From Lama glama (lineage: Eukaryota), in assembly GCA_028534125.1 (NCBI GenBank), contig CM052832.1, positions 15,068,001-15,132,000 on the forward strand: 64,000 bases of DNA, written 5' to 3'. This document shows positions 25,120 to 36,800 of this stretch, piece after piece. Each line of letters begins with the position of its first letter. Position 1 is the stretch's first letter. The translations under genes and the position numbers were made by a program. The notes beneath the pieces were generated by a model, which saw nothing but the letters and a program-made list of their open reading frames with translations, was not told where the DNA came from and made no database searches.

Positions 25120-26906
25120 TAGTCTCTCCTCTGAGCCTGTGGCCTCCGGGCGGCTGGGTGACTCCTGGGGGTGGGGGTGGATGTGAATGACTTTTGCAGA
25201 TGTGGCCAGGCAGATGGAGGGACTGTCAGTATTCCTGTCATGGGAGCTGGTGGAACAGCCGCTGTTCCCAGGCAGAGAGGAGGGGAAGGAGATGGGGATG
25301 GAAGTGGCTTTGTTCAAGGGGGTCTCAGGGACCCAGGAGCCAGGGGGCCAACCAGCAGATTCTTGGAGCCAGGATTTGTCTGAGGGACTGGGAATTCAGA
25401 GTCTTTAAAATTGAGCAGTCTGGCGGTGGTGAGGGGCAGGCGGTGGGTGGGGCTGTGCTGGCTTCAGTGGAGTGGGTGCTCCATGGGTGGGGTTTGGGGA
25501 AGTGGGGGAAGATGACTTGCTCTCCTCGGGTCTGCCACACTTAGCGCATGCCACCTTTCCCCTCCGAAGCTCCCTGCATTCCTCCACCATCCTTAGGCGC
25601 TCTAGTGATAAATCTTTTAAGTATCTTTTAAGTAGTAAGAAGCTAACACAACGGTTAACACCATTGCAGGCCAAACCTGGGCCTCTGAGTGGGACAGTTC
25701 AGATGGCCGTGCCGAGAGAGGACAGGCCACGTGGGACCATTGTGGTGGACGTCGAGGGCTGCAGACAGGCCTGGGATGGGGGCTCCACCTGGGTTGGGTG
25801 AGCCCAGCCAGGAGGAATGGCCGATTCAGAGCTGCGGGGCAGAGGGATGGCTCCTGTCGTGTGTGGGGTGTGGAGGGAAGCAGGAAGGCCCTTCCCTTTT
25901 CTGGCAGACCTACCTCCCTGCAGAGAGGGCCCCTCTGCCTCCCCTCCTGGCCTCTCCCAAGGCCCAGTCTTTAAATAGCTCACTGTGATACCCTTGACCT
26001 TGGGGGATGGCATCTGTATATTTATACCCGTATAACCCTGGGACTCTAATTGCTTTTCCTAAGGACCACAGAGTGTCCAGAGGCCGGCGTTGGTAACACC
26101 CTGCAGGCATAATCCTGCTATAAATCTCAGATAAGCCCCTTTAATTGTACAGCCGAAGCAGCCCTGGTGCTTGTAAACTGGTGGAGAGGGCAGCAGGGTG
26201 GTGGAAGTGGGGCAGCGCTGACTGATGGCTGTGACTCCAGGCCATTCCCCACTCCAGCAGCTGAGCCCCTGAAGAAGGAAGCAGGGGATGGACAGACAGC
26301 AGGGTAGTGTCAGACCCCTGGTACCCCAACCCCTCCCTCTGGCTTCTAGCATGTCCTTTCTTCCTTTGCTTGGACTTGGGCACCTCTTTGGGCTCCACCC
26401 ATCCTGTTTTGCAGTTTCCTCTCCTCCTTGATGGCTTGGATCCTTCTGCAAGCAAGCCCACTGCCTTTCTGTTTCAGGTGCAACCTCTGTAGGATTTGGG
26501 AACAAAGGTGCTACAGGGGCAGAGACAGTGGTCCAGAATCTTAGTGTTCAGTACCTCTGTAGGGACTTGAGAAGCACTCCCAGTACTCACATAGCCTCCC
26601 TACGTGCCCAGCACATGCTGATCCCCTGTTTACACCTGTAGTCTGGGGTAATCTACCCTATGCTAGGAAGTAGGTGCCCCTGTTTTACAGGGAAGGAAGC
26701 GAGATACTGAGAGACCACATAATAACTGGCACCAGGTCACACAGAAAGTTAGAGGTGGAGAAGGGACTTGAGCCCAGGCAGTCTGGCTCCAGGACTAGAG
26801 GTCTTAACTGCTTTGTATTTTGTCACTCTGTCTTCTGCCCATTTCCCACTGCATTAACTGAGACACACAGGGACCAGCCCTGTGCAAGGGATGGGGTTAC
26901 GACAGC

Positions 26907-26949
26907 CACACACACACACGCACGCACGCACGCACGCACGCACACACAG
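26907..26949. repeat. Compound (CA)n(CACG)n(CA)n microsatellite
   Basis: Read directly. Confidence 0.9.
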
Positions 26950-27929
26950 CCTGGAAGGACTGTGAGAGAGGCATGGAATTGGGGTGAGGTCTGGGCATTG
27001 CATTTCAGCTGAAGCTAAGCTATTGTTTAAATTTTGTGCAAGCATCTAATTGGGCATTGAGTAGTCGGAAAATATAAAGTCCACTCAAGCTTTTTAAAAG
27101 GACTACTAGAAAAATAAGAGAACTAGCTTTTCTTCCTGGGCCTCCAGCTCAGGGCATACCTGCCCTGGCACAGGTATGCCCTCCGCCTCATGGTGCCCCT
27201 GCCCCCTGTGCTCCATCCCATCGCTGAGGGCCTGGCCTCCCACCCGGCCGGACCTCCCACATCCATAGACCCCCTCACAGGGTGTGCAGCCCCAGGGCCC
27301 TGACTGGGCAGCTGGGTCTCCCCACCTTGCCCGCTGAATGAAATTTGATTTGGAGAACCATCTTTAGGGGAGTGAAAAGAAAAGGAGAAAGCCGCGCTCT
27401 AGCTGCCCAAATTGAAATCAGAATTGAGCGGCCAGTAGAAAGGGGCCGCTGTACCTTGTAGCCTAATCCCTGCGAAAGATTAAAGATGTCTTTGGCTGTA
27501 TATTGTATTGATTTGTCCTCTGAAGTATAAATCATCTGTGAGTTTCTCAGAGGAGTGCCAGGGAGCAGGGTGGAGGGGAGGGCACACTCACCAGGCTAAG
27601 AATGCGTGTCAGAGCCCTGGTGAGAGCTTGGCCAGCAAAGCCTGGGCGCCTCTTGTGTGCTGGACTCTGGGTCCTGCAGGGAGCATAATTATGCCCATTT
27701 TTCTAGATGAGGAAACCGAGGCCAGAGAGGATAGGTCACTTCCCCAAGGCCACACAGCCAGAACATGGAGGAGCTGGGATTGGAACCCAGCTCTATCCTC
27801 TGGGTGGGGAGCTTAAGGAAAGTCCTGGCGTCACATTTCCCGGTCCCCATCAGCACCATGCCCTCCCACCCTGGTCACTCAGTCATGTGGATTATGTCTT
27901 GAGCCATCCTGTGAACTCTGCCCCATGCC

Positions 27930-28290
27930 AAGACCCTCACTGCATATCATGAATCCTGGTGACAACCTTGTGGCCTGGTGTTTTGTCCGCCTTTTATAGA
28001 TGGGGAAACTGAGGCTCAGAGGGGTAAAGTGGCTTGCTCAGGCTCACACAGCAAGGTGTGAGAGCAGGACTTGGAGCGAGGCAGTCAGACCCAGACTCTT
28101 CTACCCAACACTCTCTGTCTCCCCCAGCTCACATCACCGGGACAGCAGCGCAAAGATAAGGGACAGGCCTGGCAGACAGACCTGGGCTCCACCTCAGCCG
28201 CTTATTGGCTGCATGATCCTGGGAAAGTCACTCAGCCTCTCTTGGTTTTGGTTTTGTCATCTGTGAAATGGGGATAAAACTGGTTGTTAT
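27930..28290. mobile_element. Two MIR fragments in opposite orientation
   Basis: ttttatagatggggaaactgaggctcagagggg (minus) followed by tcatctgtgaaatggggataa (plus). Confidence 0.7.
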
Positions 28291-30049
28291 CAGAACAAAA
28301 CGTGCTCCTGGCCCACGGAGGTGGGTTCTTGGGATACACGTGGGAGGGTTATTATTAGGGGTCTGGCTGCCTGGACTGGCTGGTGTCAGCCACTCCTGGG
28401 GACACTTGGAGAGTGCTGGAAGGCCTGAGGGGAACGCATCCAGGGGCAGGACTAGGAACAAAACCACAGGAGCCCCGGCCAGCCTGGTTCTTACAGGACA
28501 GCTGATCTGATGGTGAGAGAGCAGTGAGGTGAGCCCCAGAGGCAGCCAGGACAGGACGTATGTGTGTGTGTGTGGTGGGGAGGGGGGCACTATGTAATTT
28601 TCCAGACGTGTGCCTGATGGGCCTGCCCCAGTAGGAGTGTCTGTGGCAGGTCGTGTGCATGTGTTTGCTTGTGTGAGGTATCGGGTGCATCTCCCAATCT
28701 ATGGGATATGCACGGCCTTCTGGCTGCAAGACTCCCTCCTCCCTGCTAGGTATAGGCTGCTGGAGGGAAAGGCGAGGGGCCACCAGGGCTGGGATTAGGT
28801 ATGCGGAGCAGGCCCCGCCTGGGCTCCAGAGATGATGTGAGTGAGTCACCCTGGAGGGAGAGACAGGCTAGAGGGGGTGGCACAGGTGGGGCCCTGCCAT
28901 CAGTGCCTCCCGCCACTGTCCTGTGTGCTCTCAGGGGTTGGGGTCTGGAGTGTAAACTTTTATACCCTCACAGTCTTTCCATATCCATGGGACCCTGTGT
29001 GAGCCTCAGTTTACTTGTACTCGTCCTCCATTTCACAGATGAGGACAACCAAGGCTCAGGGAAGTCAAGGGGCCTGCCTAAGGTCACAGGGAAGTGTCAG
29101 GTGTCAGAGCCCAGGGCTCCTATGTGGGTGATGGGAGAATGGATGATATTGGTAGGTACCATTTATGGAGCCTTCCTGTAGATCAGACCCAGTTTTATGT
29201 GCTTCATATATGTTAATTTACTTATCGTTCAAGATAGCCCCGTTATACTAATGGCAATACTGAGACTCAGAGAGGTTAAGTAACTCCCTTGAGGCCACAC
29301 AGCTGGAAAGTAGCAGTAGTGGAATTTGAATCCAGCACAGCTTCCCCATCTCTGGCACATGTGGCAGGTAGGACACAGGTCAGCTCTTGGCAGGGGCCTC
29401 TCCATGGGGTCACCTTGGGGGTCTGGTTATGGTCCCCTCCAGTGAGTGATTCCAGCACCTCAGTCACATCCAGGCCTGTGCTTCTAGGGTGGGAATAAGA
29501 TGGCCTCTCTGGGTGTGGCAGGAAGGGGTGTAGGGGGCTCAGGCCTGCTCCTTGGAGGACATCCTGTCCCTCGCACAGTGGAAAGTTCTAAAGCCTCATC
29601 TCCCTGCTGTGTCCCTGTGTCCCCCATTGATATTCCAGAGACGCTGATGAGTCAGGCTGTTGCTGGTCTGACCTCCAGCTCCAGCTCCCAGGGCTGAGCG
29701 TCAGACTTGCATTTAGATGGCCCCCGTCCATGCAGCAGACTGGCAGAGCTGGCAGCTGGAGGCCGGAGGTTGGGGCACCTTATCCCTCTGGCTGTGCGAC
29801 ATTTCTTGACTCAGCTTCTCTGGCTATAACCAGAGGCTCTGAGGGGAGGGAGAAGAGCTGGGCCAGTTGGAAAGAGCTGTGCCACCTGGAGGGGCTGGCA
29901 CTGCTCATCTTTTGGGGAGACTAGAGAGGAGAGGTTTTCCCCAGGCCAGGATCCAGAAACCCCTACGGGGGGGCACAGAGTGCCCACTCCCTTGTCTGCT
30001 GCTTCCCTTCACCTCCACGACCTCATTTCCTTCTATTCCCCTCAGTCTC

Positions 30050-30445
30050 TCTGCTGTAGTCCTGTCAGCTTCCTCACTTTACTAACACTCCAGGCACAAG
30101 CCCACCTCAGGGCATTTGCACTGGCCTTGCCTGCTTCCTAGAAAGCTCTGTCCCTGGATATCCATGCAGCTATATCCTCAGGGCGTTCAGGTGCCTTCCC
30201 AGGTGCCCCCCTTCAGAGGGGCCTCTCTGACCACCGTGTCTATAACAACCCCTTCCCCAGCTCACTACTCTGCATTCCCTCTTCCCTGCTGTGTTTTTCT
30301 TTGTCGCACTTGACAAGCACATTTTTGTTTATGGCCCACGAGGACAGAGATTTTTTGCCCATTTTCTCCTTTGGTGCCTCTCCAGCCTGCAGCTCAGTCC
30401 TTGGCACATAGTAGTTGCTCCGTAAATGTTTGTGGAATGGGTGGT
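30050..30445 (+). mobile_element. L2 3' fragment
   Basis: cccacctcagggcatttgcactgg...ggcacatagtagttgctccgtaaatgtttgtggaatg. Confidence 0.75.
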
Positions 30446-32839
30446 TGATCATGAAATCCAGCCAACTACTCACTTCTCTAGCCCTTCTTCCCTCATGGGC
30501 ATGAGGGGTTGCACTCCCAGTCTACAGAAGGGCAAGCTGAGGCTGACAGAGCACAGGCATCAGGTTGCCCTGGGATGCTGCCCACCCCTCCTGAGCTCCT
30601 GGCTGTCCCCAGCTCTCTCTTGACTCACTGAGGACAGAAATCCTTTCTCACCACAGCACTGGGTTTGGGATCTGAGGTGCTGCCTGCTCCAGAGGGTAGG
30701 AACGGGAGGAGCCTTAGCCTTCCGGACCCCGCTCGAGTCTCCCAGCTGGCCTGGGCTTCACGGATTTGTTTCACATCCACTGGGTACCCAGCCGCCGAGT
30801 GAGGAGAGGAGACAGGCCGTGGGCCCTGCCAGTTCCCAGCGGGCGTGGGAAGAGCAGTGCACCGCCAGACCTAGCACCCTGCCCTTGTGCCGGAGGTGCT
30901 CAGAGTTTGCCTGAATAAGTGAAGGAAGGCTTGTGATGACACATCCGTTGAAGTGAAGAGATACAGTCCAGGCTGCAGGGGGCCCCATCCCAGCAAGGCG
31001 GGCAGTCCAGCAGGGCTTGGAGGAGGAGTACTTGGATAAGTGAAGAGGTAAGAAAGGGCCTGCCAGGTGGGGAACAGCATGAGCAGGAGCCTGGAGGAAG
31101 GAGCAAGCAGGCAGATGGGACCCCAGTGAGGGGCCTGGCCTGGTCCTAGCGGCCATGGAGTGGGGACAAATGTGAGATGGAGCTGAGCAGTTTCTTTCAG
31201 TCCAGTCCTGCATTAAAACATCTTTTGGCACTTAGGATCTTGCCCAATTGCCATGCCCAAGTTACTTAGGGTCCTGCCAGATCTTCTCTGCCTCTTATGG
31301 TTCAGGGCCAAAAGCCCTCCTCTCTGCAGTGTTGCTTACCAGGGGGGCATGTGATCTTCCCCAGGGCTGGCCTCCTGGGAAGCCCCGATCATACCCGCCC
31401 TGGTGCCCATTAAACTTTCTCTCTTCCTCTTCCCTCCTTGTCTCTGTGCCCCCCAACCCTCCCTTGCACACAGTGGGGCCTCAATAGATGCCCATAGAAT
31501 GAACACATGACCAGCCCTGCACCCTTGGGCACATCACTGCCCTTCTGGGGCCTCCATCTTCCACCTGTGGCTGGTATGGGTGTGTCAGCTCATCTCTAAG
31601 ATCCAGCTCTGACATCCGGCAGGCTGTGTCCTCCCAGTCTGAGGCCTCTGACTCTGGGCATCCTTCTTGTAAGCAAAGACTAATCATGGTTTATTCACCA
31701 TAGCTCTGGCCCATTCTGAAAACACCCTCAGACATTCACTGACAACTTATTTAGGATGCTTCTCAGAGGAGTGCTGGAGAACAACACATTCCTCAAGGCC
31801 TAAAGATGTGGGCATCTGATAGGGGCATTTCAGGCTGGGTCTTTTGGTTCAGGGATGATTGGGGCCAACTGCATGAGGACAGAGCCTGAAGCATGCGACC
31901 TTCTCACCCCCGGCAGATGAAAGGTGGTTGAGAGTAGCTGTTGGGTGGGCAGCATGCAGAAGCAGGGAAGGGTCCTGCCACTGGCTTTGCTTGGTGTATG
32001 TGAGAGTGGGATGGCTTGTAGCATCTTCTCAGGGAGGGGGGATCTCTGGACCTCACAGTCCAGGAACCTGCAGCCAGGTCCCAGCATGCCCTGCCCACTG
32101 ACCATACATTTTCCAAGGATGCGGGAGGGAAGTGGGCCCTGCCCTGAATCCAGTCCCCACCATTCTAGCTTATTAACCAGGCTGTCCTGAACTTGAGACC
32201 AGTTGCATCTTCTGCTCCCCTGGTCTGCTGCTTGCCCCTGTACTGTGGGTGGAAATTAAGTAGATCTGGCATAGATGTCCCCTGCTGAGCCACGAGGCCC
32301 ACCACATGCCAGCTAGGCCTCCTGGATGGACGGCGCTTGGAGATTGGCAAGGTGCTGGCGTCAGTGTGACTGCTTGATGATTGCCAGGTCAGTCTCTGTC
32401 CTGCTGTGAAGATGAGCCCTGAGCTGCCTGGCCCACCTCAGGGACTTCGCCTGTTCACTCTGATTTCTCTGCCCCTCTGCTCTTTGCTGTGGTGCTGGCA
32501 CCTTGTGATTTTGTGAGTCCTGTGGGTTGGGTGTCATTGGGCCACTGTTCTCTCTCTCTGACTCATCTCTGAGGTGTTCACCCCAACCTATCACGTTCCT
32601 CTCCGCATTTGCCTCTAAGCTTGACGGGGCTGACAGGAGGAAGACAATGTTAGATGCTGAGCTTTTTTTGCTCTGAGTTTGCATCCTTTCCCTTTTGGAC
32701 AGGAAGCAACATTTTCTTTCACCGGCCTCCTTTGTGGAACATGTTTGTAGATTTCTTCAGAGTTTAGAAAAGTTTCCTTTTGCTGATTGCAGCCCCTTTG
32801 TGGCTTTGGCCTCCTGAATCCTGTGCTCCCCTGGGTGAT

Positions 32840-33030
32840 GGAGTAGAGTGGAGGGTTAAAAGCCCAGATACTGGCTCGGCCACCATGAGCTGTGCTACCT
32901 TGAGCAGTCACTTAGGGTCTCTGTGGCTCAGTTTCTACCTCATGAAATGGGAATATTAATAACACTTCTCTTTTAGGTTCCCATGAGCATTAAATGAGTT
33001 AATATACGTAAAGCACTAGCACAGTCTGGG
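32840..33030 (+). mobile_element. MIR
   Basis: ccttgagcagtcactta...ctcagtttctacctcatgaaatgggaatattaata...attaaatgagttaatatacgtaaagcac. Confidence 0.8.
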
Positions 33031-33034
33031 CCCT

Positions 33035-33760
33035 GCATCTGCTGTGTGCCAGGCATCGAACCAGAGCTGTGGACTAAACAGATGAAGATCCCTGGCCTTG
33101 TGGATTCATCTTTGGGGAGAGGGATAGAGGCAGCTTATAGTAAGCAAGTAAATACATTATCATATAATATAATTTCAGGTAGGAGCTGATAGGTATTGCT
33201 ATGAAGAATAAAGCAGCATAAATGGGCAGAGAGGGGCAGAGAGTGGAGACTACTTCATACATGTGGTCAAGGAAGGCTTTTCTGTAGAGGTGGCATTCAG
33301 GCAGAGGGAGTGAGCCATGTAGAGATCTGTGGGAAGAGTGCCCCAGGCAGAAGAATGGCAGGTGCAAGGGCCCTGAGGTGGGAGCCTGCCTGGTATTTGG
33401 GGAATAGCCAAGAGGCAGGAGCAGAGTGAGTGAGGGGGAGAGAAGTAGAAGAGGAGGGGCAGATCCCAGGAAGCCTTCTGGGCCACTGTGAAGATTTTGG
33501 CTTTTGCTTTGAAAGAGATGGGAGCCATGGGAGGGTTGTGAACAGAGGAGGGGCATGAATGGACTTGGATTTACGAGGATCTCTCTGGCTGTTGTGTGGG
33601 GAAGGGACTGTGGGCCTAAGGCAGAAAGGCCAGTGAGGAGGCTATTGCTGTCATTTAGGCAAGAAGGGATGATGACTGGGACCAGGGAGTGGGGGTGATG
33701 AGAAGGGACAGATTTGGGATGTATTTTGAAGCCCACAGGACTTGCTCCCAAGTTGTGTTT
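33035..33760 (-). mobile_element. L2 fragment
   Basis: tgtgtgccaggca...gtgcaagggccctgaggtggg...gggagccatgggagggtt...ggaggctattgctgtcatttaggcaag...gtattttgaag. Confidence 0.8.
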
Positions 33761-33797
33761 TGGCAGAGGGCCGGGGCATTGCCTAGGCACTCCTGGC

Positions 33798-33818
33798 TTC
33801 AGCACCATGGATAGTGGT
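33798..33818 (+). promoter_or_regulatory. RE1/NRSE (REST-binding) motif candidate
   Basis: TTCAGCACCATGGATAGTGGT versus consensus TTCAGCACCACGGACAGCGCC: perfect left half, canonical 2-nt spacer, GGATAG for GGACAG. Confidence 0.55.
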
Positions 33819-36800
33819 GCCCACCACAGGGCCAGACTCGGGAAGCTCTGGTTGGTGTAGGTCCCCAACAAACAAATGGCCAGTTCTTGGGTAGTCCCTG
33901 TATGCCTGTATGCTGATCAGAGTCTTATCTGTAAAGTGCTGGTCCCGTCCCCTCAGTTTTGTTATCATTTTCTCCTTTAGTCAAATGTATTTATTTCTGG
34001 GCACTGCCGTGAATCCTTTCTGGGATGAGGAAGGTCTGAATGCAATTATATAGCTGAGATGAGAGGTTTGGAAGCGTTGTCTCCAAATTCTCTGCATCTG
34101 GCTAAATTGTTGTTGTATGGAAGGATAGGCCAGGGCAGGAATTGAGGGAAGGGGAGCTTCCTTGAGGAGGGGGTGATGAGAGGAGAGCCTTGAAGAATGG
34201 GTGGGGCTGTCCCAGAGATGCTGAACAGTGCTCTGGGTAGGGGAGTGAGTGACTGAATTTGGTTCTTGATGATGCTTTCCTTCCGAGAGTGAGAAGGGGG
34301 CGGCATTCCTGAGAGCAGCAGGCTGACGTGGCGGGGGGTCGGGGGCAGGCGGCCCCTGGCAGACAGAGCTGACCCTCAGGCCTGCCTTGGACTTGCTGTG
34401 TGTCTTTGGAGAAGCCACTTTTCTTTGGCTCTCAGTTTCTCCATCTGTAAAATGGGAATAACTGTAGTTGCTACTGTGCTGGTTATTGTAAGAATGACAA
34501 AAATTGATGAATTAGCCACCTGAAAGGCCAGGAAAGGGCTGGAGCAGGTGAGGGGCTGCCTCTGAGACCTCAGGCCCCAAGGATAAGCACTTGGCCTCTT
34601 CCTGGTCGGGGATCTCCCCCCTCCCTTTGTGACTGTCCTCCTTGTTCTCCCTGACTTGTGTGGTACATTATATCCATGCCCCATTTTGCTGTAGACAGAA
34701 TGATCATATGGATATTCTATGCAAATTCTCATTTTTAATGAGCCAGAAGGAAAGCTAATGACCATTTTGCAGACGTTTTGGGGCCCGAGGGAGGCCTTGG
34801 GATGGGAGGAGGAAGCAGGGCAAAGTGACAAGCTGGAGGAGAGAGGAGGGAGGGAGGGAGGAGAAAGGGAATGGAGGGGCGGACGCAGTAGGGGCTGCAG
34901 AGGGGTGCAGGGGAGGGGGAAGCACGGGCCCACTTTACCATCTCCCAGAACCTGCCTGCCCCATTTAAGACAGGGAAACCAGCTCAGACAGAGGCGGCAA
35001 CTTACCAGTCACCCCAGAGGCTGGGAGAGAGAGATGGAAAGGCAGAGGAGAAGATGGGCTGGAGAAAGAGAAGGTGGAGGCAGCCCAGACTAGGCTCTGT
35101 CCTGTGGGGCTGGGTTTCCTTTTCTGTGTAATGGTCATAGCATCTAAGATCTGGGCTGGTTTAATGTGTGTGTGAGGGAGAGAGGGAGACAGAGAGGAAG
35201 AGGATGGGGCAGGGGAGTGAGGGGGCAGACAGGAAGAGGAGGGTGGAGGGACAGGAGCTGAAGGTGAGGCCAAGAAGCCTTCTGGACAATAGGCCAGCCC
35301 TTAATTAGCTAGTTTGTTCATTGATTCATTCTTTCATTTCTCAGCATCTGTAGTCTACTTCATAGATGGATGTCAGCTTCATGAGGGTAGGATTCTTGTC
35401 TGTCTTATTCATGGCTGTCCCCCGATGCATCTAGGACAACATCTGGCACTGAGGGGAGCTTAGTAAATCATTGCTGAATCAGTGAATGCTCTGTGCCCAG
35501 CGGTGGGCCTGGCGGTGGCCATCTCCCTGGAGCTCAGAAGCATCTAGTCCAATAATTTCCCTTCCCTGTGCTAAGTGCAGTGATGAGACATAGGGATCAT
35601 TGTGGGCACCCAGAGGAGAAGGAGCCTGGGGATACCTCTGAAGGCTTCCTGGAGGAGGAGGCCCCAGCTGAATCCTCAAGAACTGATGGGAGCTGACTTG
35701 AAGAAGGAGTCTGCAAAGGGGAATTGGGCATAAAGGCAGAGGGGACAGTCTGGTGTGTTGGGAACTGCAGTGCTGTTGGAGGTGGGGTACAATGAGGGAT
35801 GAGGCTGCAGGGCCTGAGGACTGGGCTGAGGAATTTGGACTTTGCCTTGAGGGAGGTGAGAGCCAGTGAAGGTACGATGGAGGCGGGTGCTGGGGTGGGA
35901 TCAGTCTTGGTGGAAAGGTGGGGCAGCCAGGCTAGGCAAGCAGAGGTTTACAGGCAGGCCTGGGGCTCTGGTCTGGTCAGATGGTGTTGATGGGAGTGGG
36001 GCTGCACAAGGGGTTAGGGCCTGAGGGATCAGATGGCACAGACCCAGCCTGGAGAGGGGCCAGGTGGCATTTGTGGAAGTGGCACATGCATACTGCCTTG
36101 GGCAGATCACGAATGTCTCTGGGCTCTGGTTTAACTTAGAAAGGATCTCTCAACTCTGGGCATTCCCACCCAGGCCAGACTGCCTGAGGTACATTTAAAT
36201 GTCAGTATAAATATCACAATGACTCAGGTCCCTACTGATATTTAGTGCCCATCCCAGGTTGTTCCTTGTATTGCAACTCGGAACAGTCCATCACTATGAA
36301 AAATGTCTGACCCCAAACACCTAATAAGAGAATAACTATCTAATGGTAGCATCCCCTGCCCAGCCCTGGCATGCAGGGAGGGCAAGTTCAGCTGAACACC
36401 CCTCCACCCCCTCCCCTCTCCTGGATGCCCTTCTGAGGCCCACTCAAATCTGCTCCCAGGATCCAGACCTGGAGTCCCCTTTCCATCCCTCCGTGGTGCC
36501 TGTCTCCCCACTCCTAGATCTGGCCAAGCAGGCCCTCAGGTTGTGGGGCCTCAAGCTTTTCCCCAACAGCATCAGGAGAGCCTAGGACAGATTTTTTTGG
36601 GGGTAGGGTGAACACTTCTCTTCAGGGCCACTTCTGGGCTTCAGTCCCTGACCTTTCTCCATCAGCTCTTACTAACCTGAATCCCAGGCAGCCCGGTGAT
36701 CAAGAAAGCCTCCGATGTTCTGCAGGGTCAGGCTGGTATCTGCGCTGTCCTTGTTGCAAGAGGCTGCTGCCGCCACCACCGTCCTCCACCACGGCAGAGC

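Noticed and set aside
33074..33871. 265-aa minus-strand ORF, the longest in the track
   Set aside because: Lies almost entirely in a decayed L2; no domain-like composition or splice structure.
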